Below are positions 1 to 10,600 of a DNA stretch of 64,000 bases, one piece after another. The notes beneath the pieces are model-generated. The model did not search any database and was not told the DNA's origin. It worked only from the letters and a program-made list of their open reading frames with translations. Origin of the DNA: a virus; the IMG/VR virus record IMGVR_UViG_3300013131_000021; one strand, written 5' to 3'. The position numbers were made by a program, and so were the translations under genes. The first letter of the stretch is position 1; every line of letters begins with the position of its first letter.

Positions 1-842
1 TCAACTACTGTGATTCTAAAAGTAATAGGATTTCCTAATCTATTTTCAACTATTACATCATCGCCATTTTCTACTCTAATACGAAGATCATTTCCGTCGC
101 CGACTTGAAATCCTGGATCTCCGAAAGAAACTTCCGATGAAAAATTATTCTCGCCTACTCTGATATATTGATCGGCCTCAAATCCTCCCAATTTATTAGC
201 ATTTTGAGATGTTCCCCACATCACATAATCATCTGTAGAAATACCCGAAGCAGACTTTGCTAAAGTAAATCCTTTCTTAATAACGCTGAAATCTTCAATT
301 GGATTTTGTGAATTATCTAGTGTGAAAGCAACCTTACTGAATATACCAATAACTTTGTTATCAGCTAATATTTTTAAAATAGTATGCGGTCCTACTGAAG
401 TAGATATTGTACCTTTAACTACAGCAGCGGATACTGTAGAAGATCCTAAATCAGGACTTGCTTCTGGCCCTACTAAAGTAAATTCTGTTCCTGACCATGC
501 ATAAAGTTGTTTTGCTGAAGAATCCCACCAAAAGTCTCCGGTTGATAAACCGCTAGGCGCTGTTGTGCCTACTTCTGCACCGCCAGCGACTTTGAATCTC
601 GATCCGTCATAAAATTTGAGTTTTTTAGAACTAGAATCGTACCACACCTGGCCAGTAATAACCTTAGGAGGAGGTGTAGTATTGGAAAAACTTTCTAGCA
701 AATGTAAAAAATTTTCATTTTGTACTTCGCCATAACCTGCGTAATTTTTACCGACAAAACGCAAGTCTGTAGTTGTATCTATAGTACCGTCAGCTACTGA
801 AACTAAAAAAGTTCCATTAAATTTGTCTACTTGATATGCCAT
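1..842 (-). CDS. Baseplate-attached fibre paralog, truncated by the window edge
   Basis: Not in the ORF track because no stop falls inside the window. ATG at 842 reads MAYQVDKFNGTFLVSVADGTIDTTTDLRFVGKNYAGYGEVQNENFLHLLESF...GQVWYDS, the same N-terminal domain as the three genes upstream. Confidence 0.85.
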   Translation of the reverse strand, partial: MAYQVDKFNGTFLVSVADGTIDTTTDLRFVGKNYAGYGEVQNENFLHLLESFSNTTPPPKVITGQVWYDSSSKKLKFYDGSRFKVAGGAEVGTTAPSGLSTGDFWWDSSAKQLYAWSGTEFTLVGPEASPDLGSSTVSAAVVKGTISTSVGPHTILKILADNKVIGIFSKVAFTLDNSQNPIEDFSVIKKGFTLAKSASGISTDDYVMWGTSQNANKLGGFEADQYIRVGENNFSSEVSFGDPGFQVGDGNDLRIRVENGDDVIVENRLGNPITFRITVV

Positions 843-869
843 AATTTAAATCCAATAAATGTTTAGTAA

Positions 870-877
870 TATTTATC
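870..877 (-). promoter_or_regulatory. T4-type late promoter (GATAAATA)
   Basis: Intergenic match to the TATAAATA late consensus, 27 nt upstream of the ATG at 842. Confidence 0.6.
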
Positions 878-890
878 TACACATAAAATA

Positions 891-2990
891 TTAATTTCTT
901 CCTACCAAAATCTCAATAATTCCGTCGTTTCCATCAAAATCTTCTAAAGCTTTTCCTACAATTGTACCTATTTGTAGGCTAGAAGCTGGTCTAGCATATC
1001 CACTTCCGCCGGAAACTAGCATATCTCCTTTTTTGATTTTACCTCTAACTTTGCAGGGAGTTCTGCCTTGTAGTGCTATTGCAACAACATGATCCCCACT
1101 ACAATCCGAATTCATCAGAAAAGCTGGATTAGTAGAAACTACCCCAGCTAATCTATTTGTACCATCCTGTGCTAAAGTAACTTCGTACAATCCTCCGATT
1201 TCAAGAACGGTGCCCGGTCCGTAATCTTGATCTGCAACATAATTTTCTGCTAAATCTGCATATCTGGCCGAAGTAGCAGTACCTCTAAACAAGCCTGTAG
1301 TTTCTACATCATTGAATCCCATATCCAGATACTTATTCATTACCCATTTATTACCTGTGTTTGAATACAATAGAGATGCATTCGCACCATTAATATAAAC
1401 TCCAGCACCGTTAGCCTCAGATGCTGTAGATGCAGTGCTAGCAAGATTTATCATCTTGTCTTCAATAGTTAATTCTGTCGAATTAATTGCTGTTAGATTA
1501 CCCTGAACAGTTAAATCACCAGTTATAATAAAATTGCCGTCAGCTGTGATAGACGAGCCCGAAGAAGGTTCTATCGTATTAGTTTCTACTTTTGAACCTA
1601 AGAAATTATTAGCATAAACATTATTAAATTTACCTCCTACTATACCTAAATTAGTAATGTTATCTGCTACTATCGATGGAGCATTTAAACCTCCCATAGA
1701 AAGTGCGGTAGAGGCGTTAACTATTGATAAATCAGGTCCAGTATTCCCTATATCAAATTTAAGTTTTCCAGTAAATGATTTTATCGTTGGTGTGCCCATT
1801 GATAAAAACATTTTCATTTCGTTTCCTGATCCTACACTGATACCTTGATCAGCTACGTTGAGATTAATTAAAGTGCCTACTGATGTTAAACTTGATATAA
1901 GAACAGTAGCATTTAATGTATTTCCAGTTAACGTTCCGGCTGCTGCAGGAATCGTTACATCATCGGATCCATCAAAATCTACACCATTAATTTTTACAGC
2001 ATTTTCAAACCTCGATGCAGTTGCAGCATTACCGGATAATGAAGCCCCTATGAAAGAATTAGCTTCAACAATATTAAAAGAACTAGTACCTGATTCTGTA
2101 GTAATATTTCCTGTTACATTTCCTACTAGGTCGGCAAATATTGTTCCAGCTGAAAACCCACCTTCGCTATTTCTTGCTACAACTTTTCCTATAACATTAG
2201 CTGAAGTAGCATCAACTGACCATGTAATTTGTGATGATCCGTCGAAATCTGAGCCTAATATATAAGTACCTTTGACCAACTTATTTGTTGTGGATGCTTT
2301 TATCGTTATATTTTGTTGACCATCGAAAGCAGTTCCGTTAATTAATCTTGGAGTGGCTAATCTGGTTGAATTTTCTGCATTACCTGTAATAGAACCTTTT
2401 ACTTTAGAAGTATTTGATAAATTTATACCAACAATAATGTTTTCACTGATATTAGGTATAAGAGCTTCGTTAGCGATAGTAAACGCAGTAGATGAAATTA
2501 TTCCAATTAATGATCCATCACTTTCAAGAAATATAACTGCTCTATCTTCTCCGGTAGTATCTCTCAATAATCCTGCTCTAGCTCTAGTAGATCCGTATCC
2601 GGGGATAGATTCAGGACCAATAAATGCCCACCCGCTAGGTGTGCGAACATGCAGAGTATTATCTACAGTTCTTAACCATAACGAACCATTAGTAAAATTT
2701 GTTGGGGGTGTAGCCGATAGTCCAGCTGATCCTACTACTGACCAATCATCTCCTGTGTAAACATGTAATAATCTCGATGTTGAGTTATACCAAAGTTGAC
2801 CTTGTAATGGGCGAGAAGGAGGTGCATCGTTGTTGAAATTTTCTAAAAGATAGACAAAATTTTCGTTTTGAGTTTCACCGTAACCAACATAGTTTCTACC
2901 AACTAATCCCAAACTAGTTGATGTGTCGATAGTACCATCTTCTAGGACCAACAGTTGTTGTCCATTGAACTTATTAATTATATACGCCAT
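891..2990 (-). CDS. Tail fibre/spike with C-terminal intramolecular chaperone (Peptidase G2-like), 699 aa
   Basis: Has the shared MAY..GRNYVGYGETQNENF..GQLWY N-terminus. The C-terminal YADLAENY...AGVVSTNPAFLMN...IALQGRTPCKV...GDMLVS...IVGKALE pattern resembles autocleaved chaperone domains. GGAG SD upstream. Confidence 0.75.
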   Translation of the reverse strand: MAYIINKFNGQQLLVLEDGTIDTSTSLGLVGRNYVGYGETQNENFVYLLENFNNDAPPSRPLQGQLWYNSTSRLLHVYTGDDWSVVGSAGLSATPPTNFTNGSLWLRTVDNTLHVRTPSGWAFIGPESIPGYGSTRARAGLLRDTTGEDRAVIFLESDGSLIGIISSTAFTIANEALIPNISENIIVGINLSNTSKVKGSITGNAENSTRLATPRLINGTAFDGQQNITIKASTTNKLVKGTYILGSDFDGSSQITWSVDATSANVIGKVVARNSEGGFSAGTIFADLVGNVTGNITTESGTSSFNIVEANSFIGASLSGNAATASRFENAVKINGVDFDGSDDVTIPAAAGTLTGNTLNATVLISSLTSVGTLINLNVADQGISVGSGNEMKMFLSMGTPTIKSFTGKLKFDIGNTGPDLSIVNASTALSMGGLNAPSIVADNITNLGIVGGKFNNVYANNFLGSKVETNTIEPSSGSSITADGNFIITGDLTVQGNLTAINSTELTIEDKMINLASTASTASEANGAGVYINGANASLLYSNTGNKWVMNKYLDMGFNDVETTGLFRGTATSARYADLAENYVADQDYGPGTVLEIGGLYEVTLAQDGTNRLAGVVSTNPAFLMNSDCSGDHVVAIALQGRTPCKVRGKIKKGDMLVSGGSGYARPASSLQIGTIVGKALEDFDGNDGIIEILVGRN

Positions 2991-3009
2991 TTATCTTGCT
3001 CCTATTCTA

Positions 3010-4824
3010 TTATGGCGGTAAGACTGTGTCAGACGTCCACGTCCAAGATCCTGCAATAATAGTAAAAATTTTAATTATTCTTGTGGTGCTAACTGAAGCG
3101 CCGGGGATATTAGCAACCGGAAACGAAACGTTTGTTAGCGCATTGGATGTATTTCCTACTAAATCGGTTAAAAAGGAAGCAGTGGAAAAAGACGGTGGTA
3201 GTGAATTGATATCTAAGGAAGTACTAGAATTGCTGATTAACGAACATAAAATTCTTGCCAATGTTCCATTTCTATATTCAGCTACTGGTGCAAGATTATT
3301 TAAAATATTGTTTATTATGTACGTATTAGATTTACCGTCTGATAAATCAATGCTTAGAACTATGCTTCTAGTTTCTATAGTATTATCTATATATTCTTTT
3401 GTAGCAGCGTCTTGCGCAGCTATAGGATCTGCCATACCTGTAATTCTAGGACTGCCTAACAGTGATACGTTGCCTGTCCCGTCAGGAGATAATTCTATAT
3501 CATAATTACTTGAAACTGTAGAAATTCTATGATTTTGTAATCGCATTTCTACTACCGGTGGTGCGCCTGGTCCTATATTAACCACATTCTGTGCACCAAA
3601 AGATGTAACACCAGGAATACTAGTAATAGCAGATCCGAGGCTGTTTCCGTTAATTACTAGTGTACTACCTATATAAAGAGCCTTACCAGATCCTAAATTT
3701 AAGCTTTCGGAAACATCTAACCAATTGTCTGCTTGAGAATAATTTATTGTTTTGTCAATAGTACCTTTTATTCTTATTCCGGCACCGTCAGCAGTGATAT
3801 CAGTTGGACTAGATACATTAGCTATTGTTATTTCTTTATCTTCCACTGTCACGTTGGCGGTATTAATCGTAGTTGTAGTTCCTTCCACGGTCAAATTTCC
3901 ATCTACTACTAAATTTCCGCCAGTGCGAACAGTGCTAGTAGGAAAATCTCCATATAGTTCTATGGTTCTACTAGCTGACTCAATATTAATAGCACTTTCT
4001 TGATTAATACCTTTTCTAACATTTAATATTAAATTTTTATCGCTAGCAGAATTAGAAACAAGAACGTCTCCAGAATTAACAAATAGTCCCATCTGGCCAG
4101 CAGATCCTACAATTATACCTAAATCAGTCGTTATACTAAGTTGACCATTTATAGCGTTTGACGTATCTGTTCTTACATAGTTTGACGCTAACGCCCCTCC
4201 GAGTTTGTCTGAATTAGTGGCTGTGACATTAAACTTTAACCCGGAAAGCGTGCCTGCATTAAATCCTGGCTCTATACTCCCGCTATATCCTATGATTTCA
4301 ATCTTGGGAGTAAAAGAATCCTTAGAAAATATTCCTAACAATATACCATTATTATATAATGATGTAATAACTCTTGTTTGATTTAAGGTATCTAATATAC
4401 TATCAACTTTTAATCCGCTTAATCCTTGTGTTGTTGAATATGCTGGTCCGATCAATATAGGTGACGTCCCATTAAAAAAATAAAGTTGAGAAGCCGCATC
4501 ATTCCACCATAAGTCTCCAATAGATAATGTTTCAGGTTGTGTGGTAGAAATCGTTGCTGAGCTAACCGGAATAAAAGTTAATCCGTTATAAACTTTAAGT
4601 TTATTTTCAGAACTGTCAAACCATATTTGGCCCACTATAGGATGAATAGGTTGAGTGGTGCTAGCAAAATTTTCTAGAATCTTTATTAAATTTTCGTTTA
4701 AAGCTTCACCAAATCCGCTATAATTTTTTCCAATCAATGTAATATCGGTCGACAAGGTATCGATTTGACCGTCTGCTACCGTTGCTACAATTGTTCCATC
4801 AGTTTTATTAATTTGATATGCCAT
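3010..4824 (-). CDS. Baseplate-attached fibre paralog, 604 aa
   Basis: Has the shared N-terminal domain (GKNYSGFGEALNENLIKILENFA..GQIWFDS), beta-rich G/N/T repeats and a DAATKEYID fibre neck motif. Confidence 0.75.
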   Translation of the reverse strand: MAYQINKTDGTIVATVADGQIDTLSTDITLIGKNYSGFGEALNENLIKILENFASTTQPIHPIVGQIWFDSSENKLKVYNGLTFIPVSSATISTTQPETLSIGDLWWNDAASQLYFFNGTSPILIGPAYSTTQGLSGLKVDSILDTLNQTRVITSLYNNGILLGIFSKDSFTPKIEIIGYSGSIEPGFNAGTLSGLKFNVTATNSDKLGGALASNYVRTDTSNAINGQLSITTDLGIIVGSAGQMGLFVNSGDVLVSNSASDKNLILNVRKGINQESAINIESASRTIELYGDFPTSTVRTGGNLVVDGNLTVEGTTTTINTANVTVEDKEITIANVSSPTDITADGAGIRIKGTIDKTINYSQADNWLDVSESLNLGSGKALYIGSTLVINGNSLGSAITSIPGVTSFGAQNVVNIGPGAPPVVEMRLQNHRISTVSSNYDIELSPDGTGNVSLLGSPRITGMADPIAAQDAATKEYIDNTIETRSIVLSIDLSDGKSNTYIINNILNNLAPVAEYRNGTLARILCSLISNSSTSLDINSLPPSFSTASFLTDLVGNTSNALTNVSFPVANIPGASVSTTRIIKIFTIIAGSWTWTSDTVLPP

Positions 4825-4837
4825 GATAAAAACCTAA

Positions 4838-6967
4838 TTAAAATGCAGCAGGTCCTGATCTAATTACATAATTTATAGTTAGATAAGGATTCATAATACC
4901 TACAGGTGTGCTCAATGTTGTTGTAACTGGTTTCTTAATTCCGCCTGAATCTTTTAAATATTGAGCCTGTCCAGGAGCTGTTGGTCCTAAACCAGAAACA
5001 GCATCAGGATCAACTGTTGTTGTAACTGCTACAGCAGCATAATCCTGTCTTGATGACGACAATGTATGACTATGTTCTGGTAAATTTGCCAATGTTAAAG
5101 TTGCCGAACTCTGACCAGCATCACCGCCTAATTGCTGTGCTTTGATGTCGGGAACTCTGCCTGCTGTTCCTCCACCTGCATCAACATAAGGTCCGCTTAG
5201 TGTTGGAACTGTTCCTGAATTATCCATATTGTCTTTTCCAAGAGCAAATCTTCCTCTAAGGTCGGGTAATCTAAAAGTATTGACACCTAGCAAAGGAGCA
5301 GTTCCGTTATAAATTGTACCTATTACATCATACAGATCAGAATATTTTGCTCTCTCAACTTCGCTACCATCACAGAACAGATATCCATATGGTGCTGTAG
5401 CTCCTGTGTAAGGCAATATGCCACCTATAGGAACTCCTAAATCTCCAACAAATACATCCCTAGACTGTTTTAATAATCCCGACGATGCTGCAGAAGCTTC
5501 GCTTGGTCTATAGGTTAAAACAAAATCACCTTTTTTAGAAATGTTAGGAAATGGTGTATCTTTTCCTGCAATGATGTTTGCAGTAAGAGTAGTATTAAAA
5601 ACTTTTGAAAAACTTCCAACTTGCCCATCAAATTGAATAGCTGGCGAAATAATATCTCCTGCTATAGAAAAACTTGTTATATTTTCTAAAGAGGTAGCGG
5701 TGTTTGCTTTACCACTAATGTTTCCATCTAATACTCCCTCTATAGTTTCAGCAATAATAGTTTTAGCTCTAATAGTATTCCAGCGGCGTAGAGACGTGCC
5801 TAAACTGTAAGCATCGGTCGTTTTAGGCTGTATATTATTAGTTTGTAATACTCCAGAAATATCTGCTCCGTCGCCAACTAACAGATTCTTTGTTATAGCA
5901 GCTCCGCCGGCGGTCCTTAATGATCCATTAGATAAATTCGTACTTACTGTATTGTTGGAGATAATAAGTGTACCGGATAAAGCAATATTACCATTCACAT
6001 CTAGGGCTTCTGTTGGTGTAGCTTTATTAATACCTACTGTAGTTTCTACAACTTTTAATATCGTAGCGGGAATTCCATTCCTATTAACCTGAATATCAAT
6101 TGAACTACCGGCGGAAGAATTATAGATTCGAGCTGACGTAGACGAGGTAGATAAATTAAATGTTCCGTCTATACCTAAAGTAATACCGTCATTATTTCTT
6201 ACGTTAATACCAAAATCGGTAGTGTTTACCACATCAGTACGTAAAAATTTTCCAGCATCAACTTCTATTCCGGATATATTTAAAGCATTAGCCGTTTTAG
6301 CAGTACCGTATAACGAAGGTAAAAACCCTCCTATAAATTGATCTATTTCGGCAGAAGTAGCTGGATCAGAAATATTAATACCCGATCTAATAATATCAAA
6401 TCCTGAAATTAAAACTTTAGGTGTAAAACTGTCCTTGCTAAAAATAATTACGGGAATATCTGCAATGTAAAAAACTAAAATATACCTAGTTATGTTATCC
6501 GAATCGAATACGCTTTCTACGCTGGGCCCATATCTTAAACCATCTATAGAACTTTCAGAAGGTCCTACTAACAGCCATCTTCCCGGAGTATCTTGTGTGC
6601 CTCCTGTGAAAATTCTTAATTGCTGGTTAGTAGTGTCTACCCATAATTCTCCAACTTTACTCTCTGACACAGACGGTTGTGATGGACCTTTCTGTATCCC
6701 GGAGGCTGCTTTCCAGGATGTGTTATCCCAGATCATTAAAATTCCGTCAGTACTATCGTACCACAACTGACCTTCAACCGGATTGACTGGTTCAGTATCT
6801 GAAGCAAAATTTTCTAATAAAGATAGAAAGTTTTCTGCTATAATTTGTCCATAACCTGTTACATTTCTACCAGGAAATGTTAAACTAGTATCTGTACTTG
6901 AGGTATTATCAAATACAGTGATAGGAGTTTTATTTTGACTATCTGTAAAATTAACTGTATATGGCAT
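4838..6967 (-). CDS. Short tail fibre with phage tail collar domain (gp12-like C-terminus), 709 aa
   Basis: Shared N-terminus. The C-terminal PIGGILPYTGATAPYGYLFCDGSEVERAKYSDLYDVIG...FRLPDLRGRF is a canonical tail-collar motif. Confidence 0.8.
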   Translation of the reverse strand: MPYTVNFTDSQNKTPITVFDNTSSTDTSLTFPGRNVTGYGQIIAENFLSLLENFASDTEPVNPVEGQLWYDSTDGILMIWDNTSWKAASGIQKGPSQPSVSESKVGELWVDTTNQQLRIFTGGTQDTPGRWLLVGPSESSIDGLRYGPSVESVFDSDNITRYILVFYIADIPVIIFSKDSFTPKVLISGFDIIRSGINISDPATSAEIDQFIGGFLPSLYGTAKTANALNISGIEVDAGKFLRTDVVNTTDFGINVRNNDGITLGIDGTFNLSTSSTSARIYNSSAGSSIDIQVNRNGIPATILKVVETTVGINKATPTEALDVNGNIALSGTLIISNNTVSTNLSNGSLRTAGGAAITKNLLVGDGADISGVLQTNNIQPKTTDAYSLGTSLRRWNTIRAKTIIAETIEGVLDGNISGKANTATSLENITSFSIAGDIISPAIQFDGQVGSFSKVFNTTLTANIIAGKDTPFPNISKKGDFVLTYRPSEASAASSGLLKQSRDVFVGDLGVPIGGILPYTGATAPYGYLFCDGSEVERAKYSDLYDVIGTIYNGTAPLLGVNTFRLPDLRGRFALGKDNMDNSGTVPTLSGPYVDAGGGTAGRVPDIKAQQLGGDAGQSSATLTLANLPEHSHTLSSSRQDYAAVAVTTTVDPDAVSGLGPTAPGQAQYLKDSGGIKKPVTTTLSTPVGIMNPYLTINYVIRSGPAAF

Positions 6968-6970
6968 CTA

Positions 6971-7636
6971 TTATACCTCAGTGAAACCTGTTAGACTTTG
7001 AATACGTATCGTATAATCAATCTGTAAAAGTCTATTCAAAGATTTTTGTATAGGGTGAAAAACAACATGAGTTAATAATTTTCCCTCACTTGTTTCTTCG
7101 TATGATTTTAAGCCCAATTCATCAAAAATAAAATTTCCATTCATGTCAGCTGAATTATCGAACGCTTCTTGATCTAATGGTTCGCCGTAATCAAGCAAAC
7201 ACGAGATTAGTATATCACTGTAAGTAGCCCCACTTATATGTCTAACCTGCATTTTATTTCTAACTGGGTCTACGTTATTGAGATCATTTTGATCGATTAT
7301 CTTTGTATAGGTTTGATTATATAAACTAGAATTTATTCCTATGGTGTTAGGAGTAAGGTAAGTGATTAATCCGGTAGGATCTACTGTGGTCCCCCCTGTA
7401 CCAAAAATCATTTGATAAATCGTACCTTTTCCCTGATTAGATAAAGCGTTAACCATAGCTACGCTCATGTTTTCATAATGAATAGCATTACGTTTATCAA
7501 TAAAAATTTCATTATTTTCAGGATCAAAAATTTTGATATGTCCTTCGAAATGAAATCCACCAAACTCATTAGGTCTAGTATTTTTGTCTAAAATTTCGTT
7601 ATTTTGGGGCATTTTATTCTCTTGTGGGTCATTCAT
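6971..7636 (-). CDS. Putative baseplate/fibre adaptor protein, 221 aa
   Basis: Sits between the giant wedge gene and the fibres. The FDELGL...LLTHVVFHPIQKSLNRLLQIDYTIRI ending recalls fibre-docking domains. Function is inferred from context. Confidence 0.55.
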   Translation of the reverse strand: MNDPQENKMPQNNEILDKNTRPNEFGGFHFEGHIKIFDPENNEIFIDKRNAIHYENMSVAMVNALSNQGKGTIYQMIFGTGGTTVDPTGLITYLTPNTIGINSSLYNQTYTKIIDQNDLNNVDPVRNKMQVRHISGATYSDILISCLLDYGEPLDQEAFDNSADMNGNFIFDELGLKSYEETSEGKLLTHVVFHPIQKSLNRLLQIDYTIRIQSLTGFTEV

Positions 7637-7640
7637 AGTG

Positions 7641-7647
7641 TATTTAT
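7641..7647 (-). promoter_or_regulatory. Late promoter ATAAATA overlapping the upstream stop codon
   Basis: Motif lies 4 nt before ATG 7636, with no SD in between. Confidence 0.55.
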
Positions 7648-10600
7648 TCAGGTAAACTTGTGTGCTTTTCTGCTATGAATCTAGCTATAGAATTATCATT
7701 GTCTAATAAAGATTTTCCAGATGTAGCGGTAGTTGCACCTCTCTCATACCAAGTTTTACCAGTCCTTGTAATAATTGTTACTCTTGAACCTGCTGCCAAC
7801 GATTTTGTCAGCCTTATAAATCCTGTAGTTCCGTCAACGCTGAATTCAGCCTCTTGAACTATGTCAGCATCTGGACTATAAGGACCACCATTTTCAAACC
7901 AAATTGCCTGTGCATCTTTTTTAAGGCGTCGACCGCCTGCAAAAACCTCTATCTGATCACAGGGACCGTAATCGGTTGGAATAGTGATCCTTTCCCAGAA
8001 ATTACTGTTTATTTCTCCGTCTATTATAGGAGCATAAGAAGAACCTTTACATACAGCAAGGTTGGTGTAATAATAATTACCGTATAGAACAACATTTCTT
8101 AGAGTATAAGAAACAAGGGCACTCCACGTTCCTTTATCTACATACGTTCTGCTAGAATACCATCTTGCTTTATCTGCTGCTATAGGTATAAAATCTAATG
8201 GTCCTACTAATAACGATTCTACACTTACAATACTGTTAGTGGCTAATCTAGTTGCTGCTGGTCCGATTATATTGACTAACCCTCCTACAGCAAATTTTGT
8301 AATTGTATAATATTCAGGTAATATTTCAATACCGTCAATTTTTACTATTAGATTTTCTTTTATTCCTAACCCTATTTGAATATCAGTTTCAATTTCAAAT
8401 CCTGTGCTGCCATCGTATACAAACGATAAGCTACCTTGATAAATTAAATCAACTTTTCCTTGAGATTCATTATACGGAATTATTTCTTCATATCCTACAT
8501 CTACTACTTGAGAATTAGCAGCGTGTATTTCTTTTATGGCTGTACCATGAGTACCTCTTCTTAACTGAGATAACACATTTCCAATTTTAGACATATATTC
8601 TATTCGTTCGCCGTCTATCCAAATTATGCCTGGTAAGTTTCTAGAAGGATACGGTACTCCTAATGACGAGCTGTCGTTTACATTTATGATATTATCATAA
8701 TACATTAAATCTGAAGTCAAACTTACATCACCTTTTGAAAATCTTGTATATCGATATGTATTCAACATATCTTTATGTATTTCATAGGCACTAGGTAATT
8801 CGTAAATGTCATTAGTAAAAGTTATTGTTTTGATATCATCAGCCGGAGTAGATTCTACATTTAGATAAACAACATTTCGTGGAACAGAAACATAATATTC
8901 TTTTTCTTGAGTTAATCTCATTCCATTTTTATATACCCATACATAGCTAGAAGAAATAGGAGGACGAGATAGTTGATAATGAACTTTGCCTCCAGACTTT
9001 TGATCCGATATTATATCAAACGACGGATATTCACTGAACCATGTAACGTCTATTCTAACATTATCTGTTTCGTCTAATACTGTCATTGGTACCGATGGAT
9101 CAATAATTAAATTTCCTCCTACAATTCTATATTCAGATCTTAAATCGTTTTGTACTTTAATTATATCTCCGATCGACAGCACTGAAGAATAAATTGTTAG
9201 AACTTTAGTTGCGCCATCAAAGACGTAATCAGTAAATATTGTTCTCAAAATATTGTTTATAAAGACTCTTATATTGCTTGGTAAAATTGAACCAGCAGAT
9301 TCTAAAGGATCAATACCTAATGTGAATACGTTATTGGTTCCGTCATACACAGCGTACGATGTATCTGATCCTTTTAGTACTCTTCCATCTAATTCAACAA
9401 TCATACTGTTTCTAGCTGAACCTCTTTCTAATTCAACAAAATATTCAAGGTCGAAATTGCGTGTGCTTCCTTCAAACCAAATAGTTTGTGTATTAACTTT
9501 TATAATAGGTATTTGATTAGAATCGACGTCGCTGGATGATTGTAGAACTACAATTTTAATAATATCGTTTTCATCTGGATAAAATGCTAGTTCGATTAAA
9601 GTTCTATCTGTGGTATCCACAATGCCTGTGCTATCTTTAAATGCTGCATCTACTTGATCTCCGTTGACTGTAACAAATACCGAAGAACTTTCTTGATAAT
9701 TTGCATTAGTTAGGAAAAGGTTAGTTGTACCATCTGCAATAAATTCTTGATAATCTAGTATTCCAAGTCCTCCTAAACCTATAGAAATTATTTCTATTAA
9801 GGTGCCGCTCGGAGGAGGTGTGAAAAATTCTACATTATATTCAATAAGATTTAATGCATAATCCACACCAAAATTTTTCTTTATTTTATCAACATAAACA
9901 AAAACAGCATTGTTTTCTAATATTTTTTGTCCAATTGGGAAAAATAATGTTGTTCCATCTCCAAATGAAATTTTAGATTGTAATGGTGCTGCTCCTGATA
10001 TACGGCTTTGATAAATCTTTATCGAGACGCTGTCCAGAACTTGGCCAGGAATATTCTCTTCCGGAGCTGGGACATGATCCGGTTCTATAAACTTACCTCC
10101 CGAAATCATAATCTCTTCGGGAGTACTTCCTGTAGCTGTCTGATAAATGCTATCTATAACGGACAATGATCCACCCGATAACTTTGTGTCTAATAAATTT
10201 TCATCAGTAATAGTTACTGAACCATCGCTTTCAATAGGACGGAAAATTAAAATATCTCCCGATTCTGTTTGAATGTAAATTCCTATTATTACTGATCTAT
10301 TAATACCATCGCCTATAAATGTAGGCATTTCAGCATTTGGATTTACCGCAACTGAAGAATCCCAAGAAGTGGTATAACTCGGATCATCAATTCTTACCGA
10401 TGTATTAGTGCCTGTCCTTTTTAGATATATGTTAATTTCTTGTCCTTGAGCAGGAGTAAATGGTAACTCTACCTGTGTCGTGCTGCCATCGCAAACATGA
10501 TAATAATCTGAAGAAGCTTCTACACTGTCCCAATTATCTGTAAACCATGGTAAAGCATCCCAACCTCCTGTTACATCAAATGTAGTACCTTGTATTTGAA

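Noticed and set aside
1657-6770. Plus-strand ORFs opposite the fibre genes (for example 1858-2265, 2353-2760, 2996-3505)
   Set aside because: Antisense shadows of codon-biased structural genes, with no motifs or SDs.
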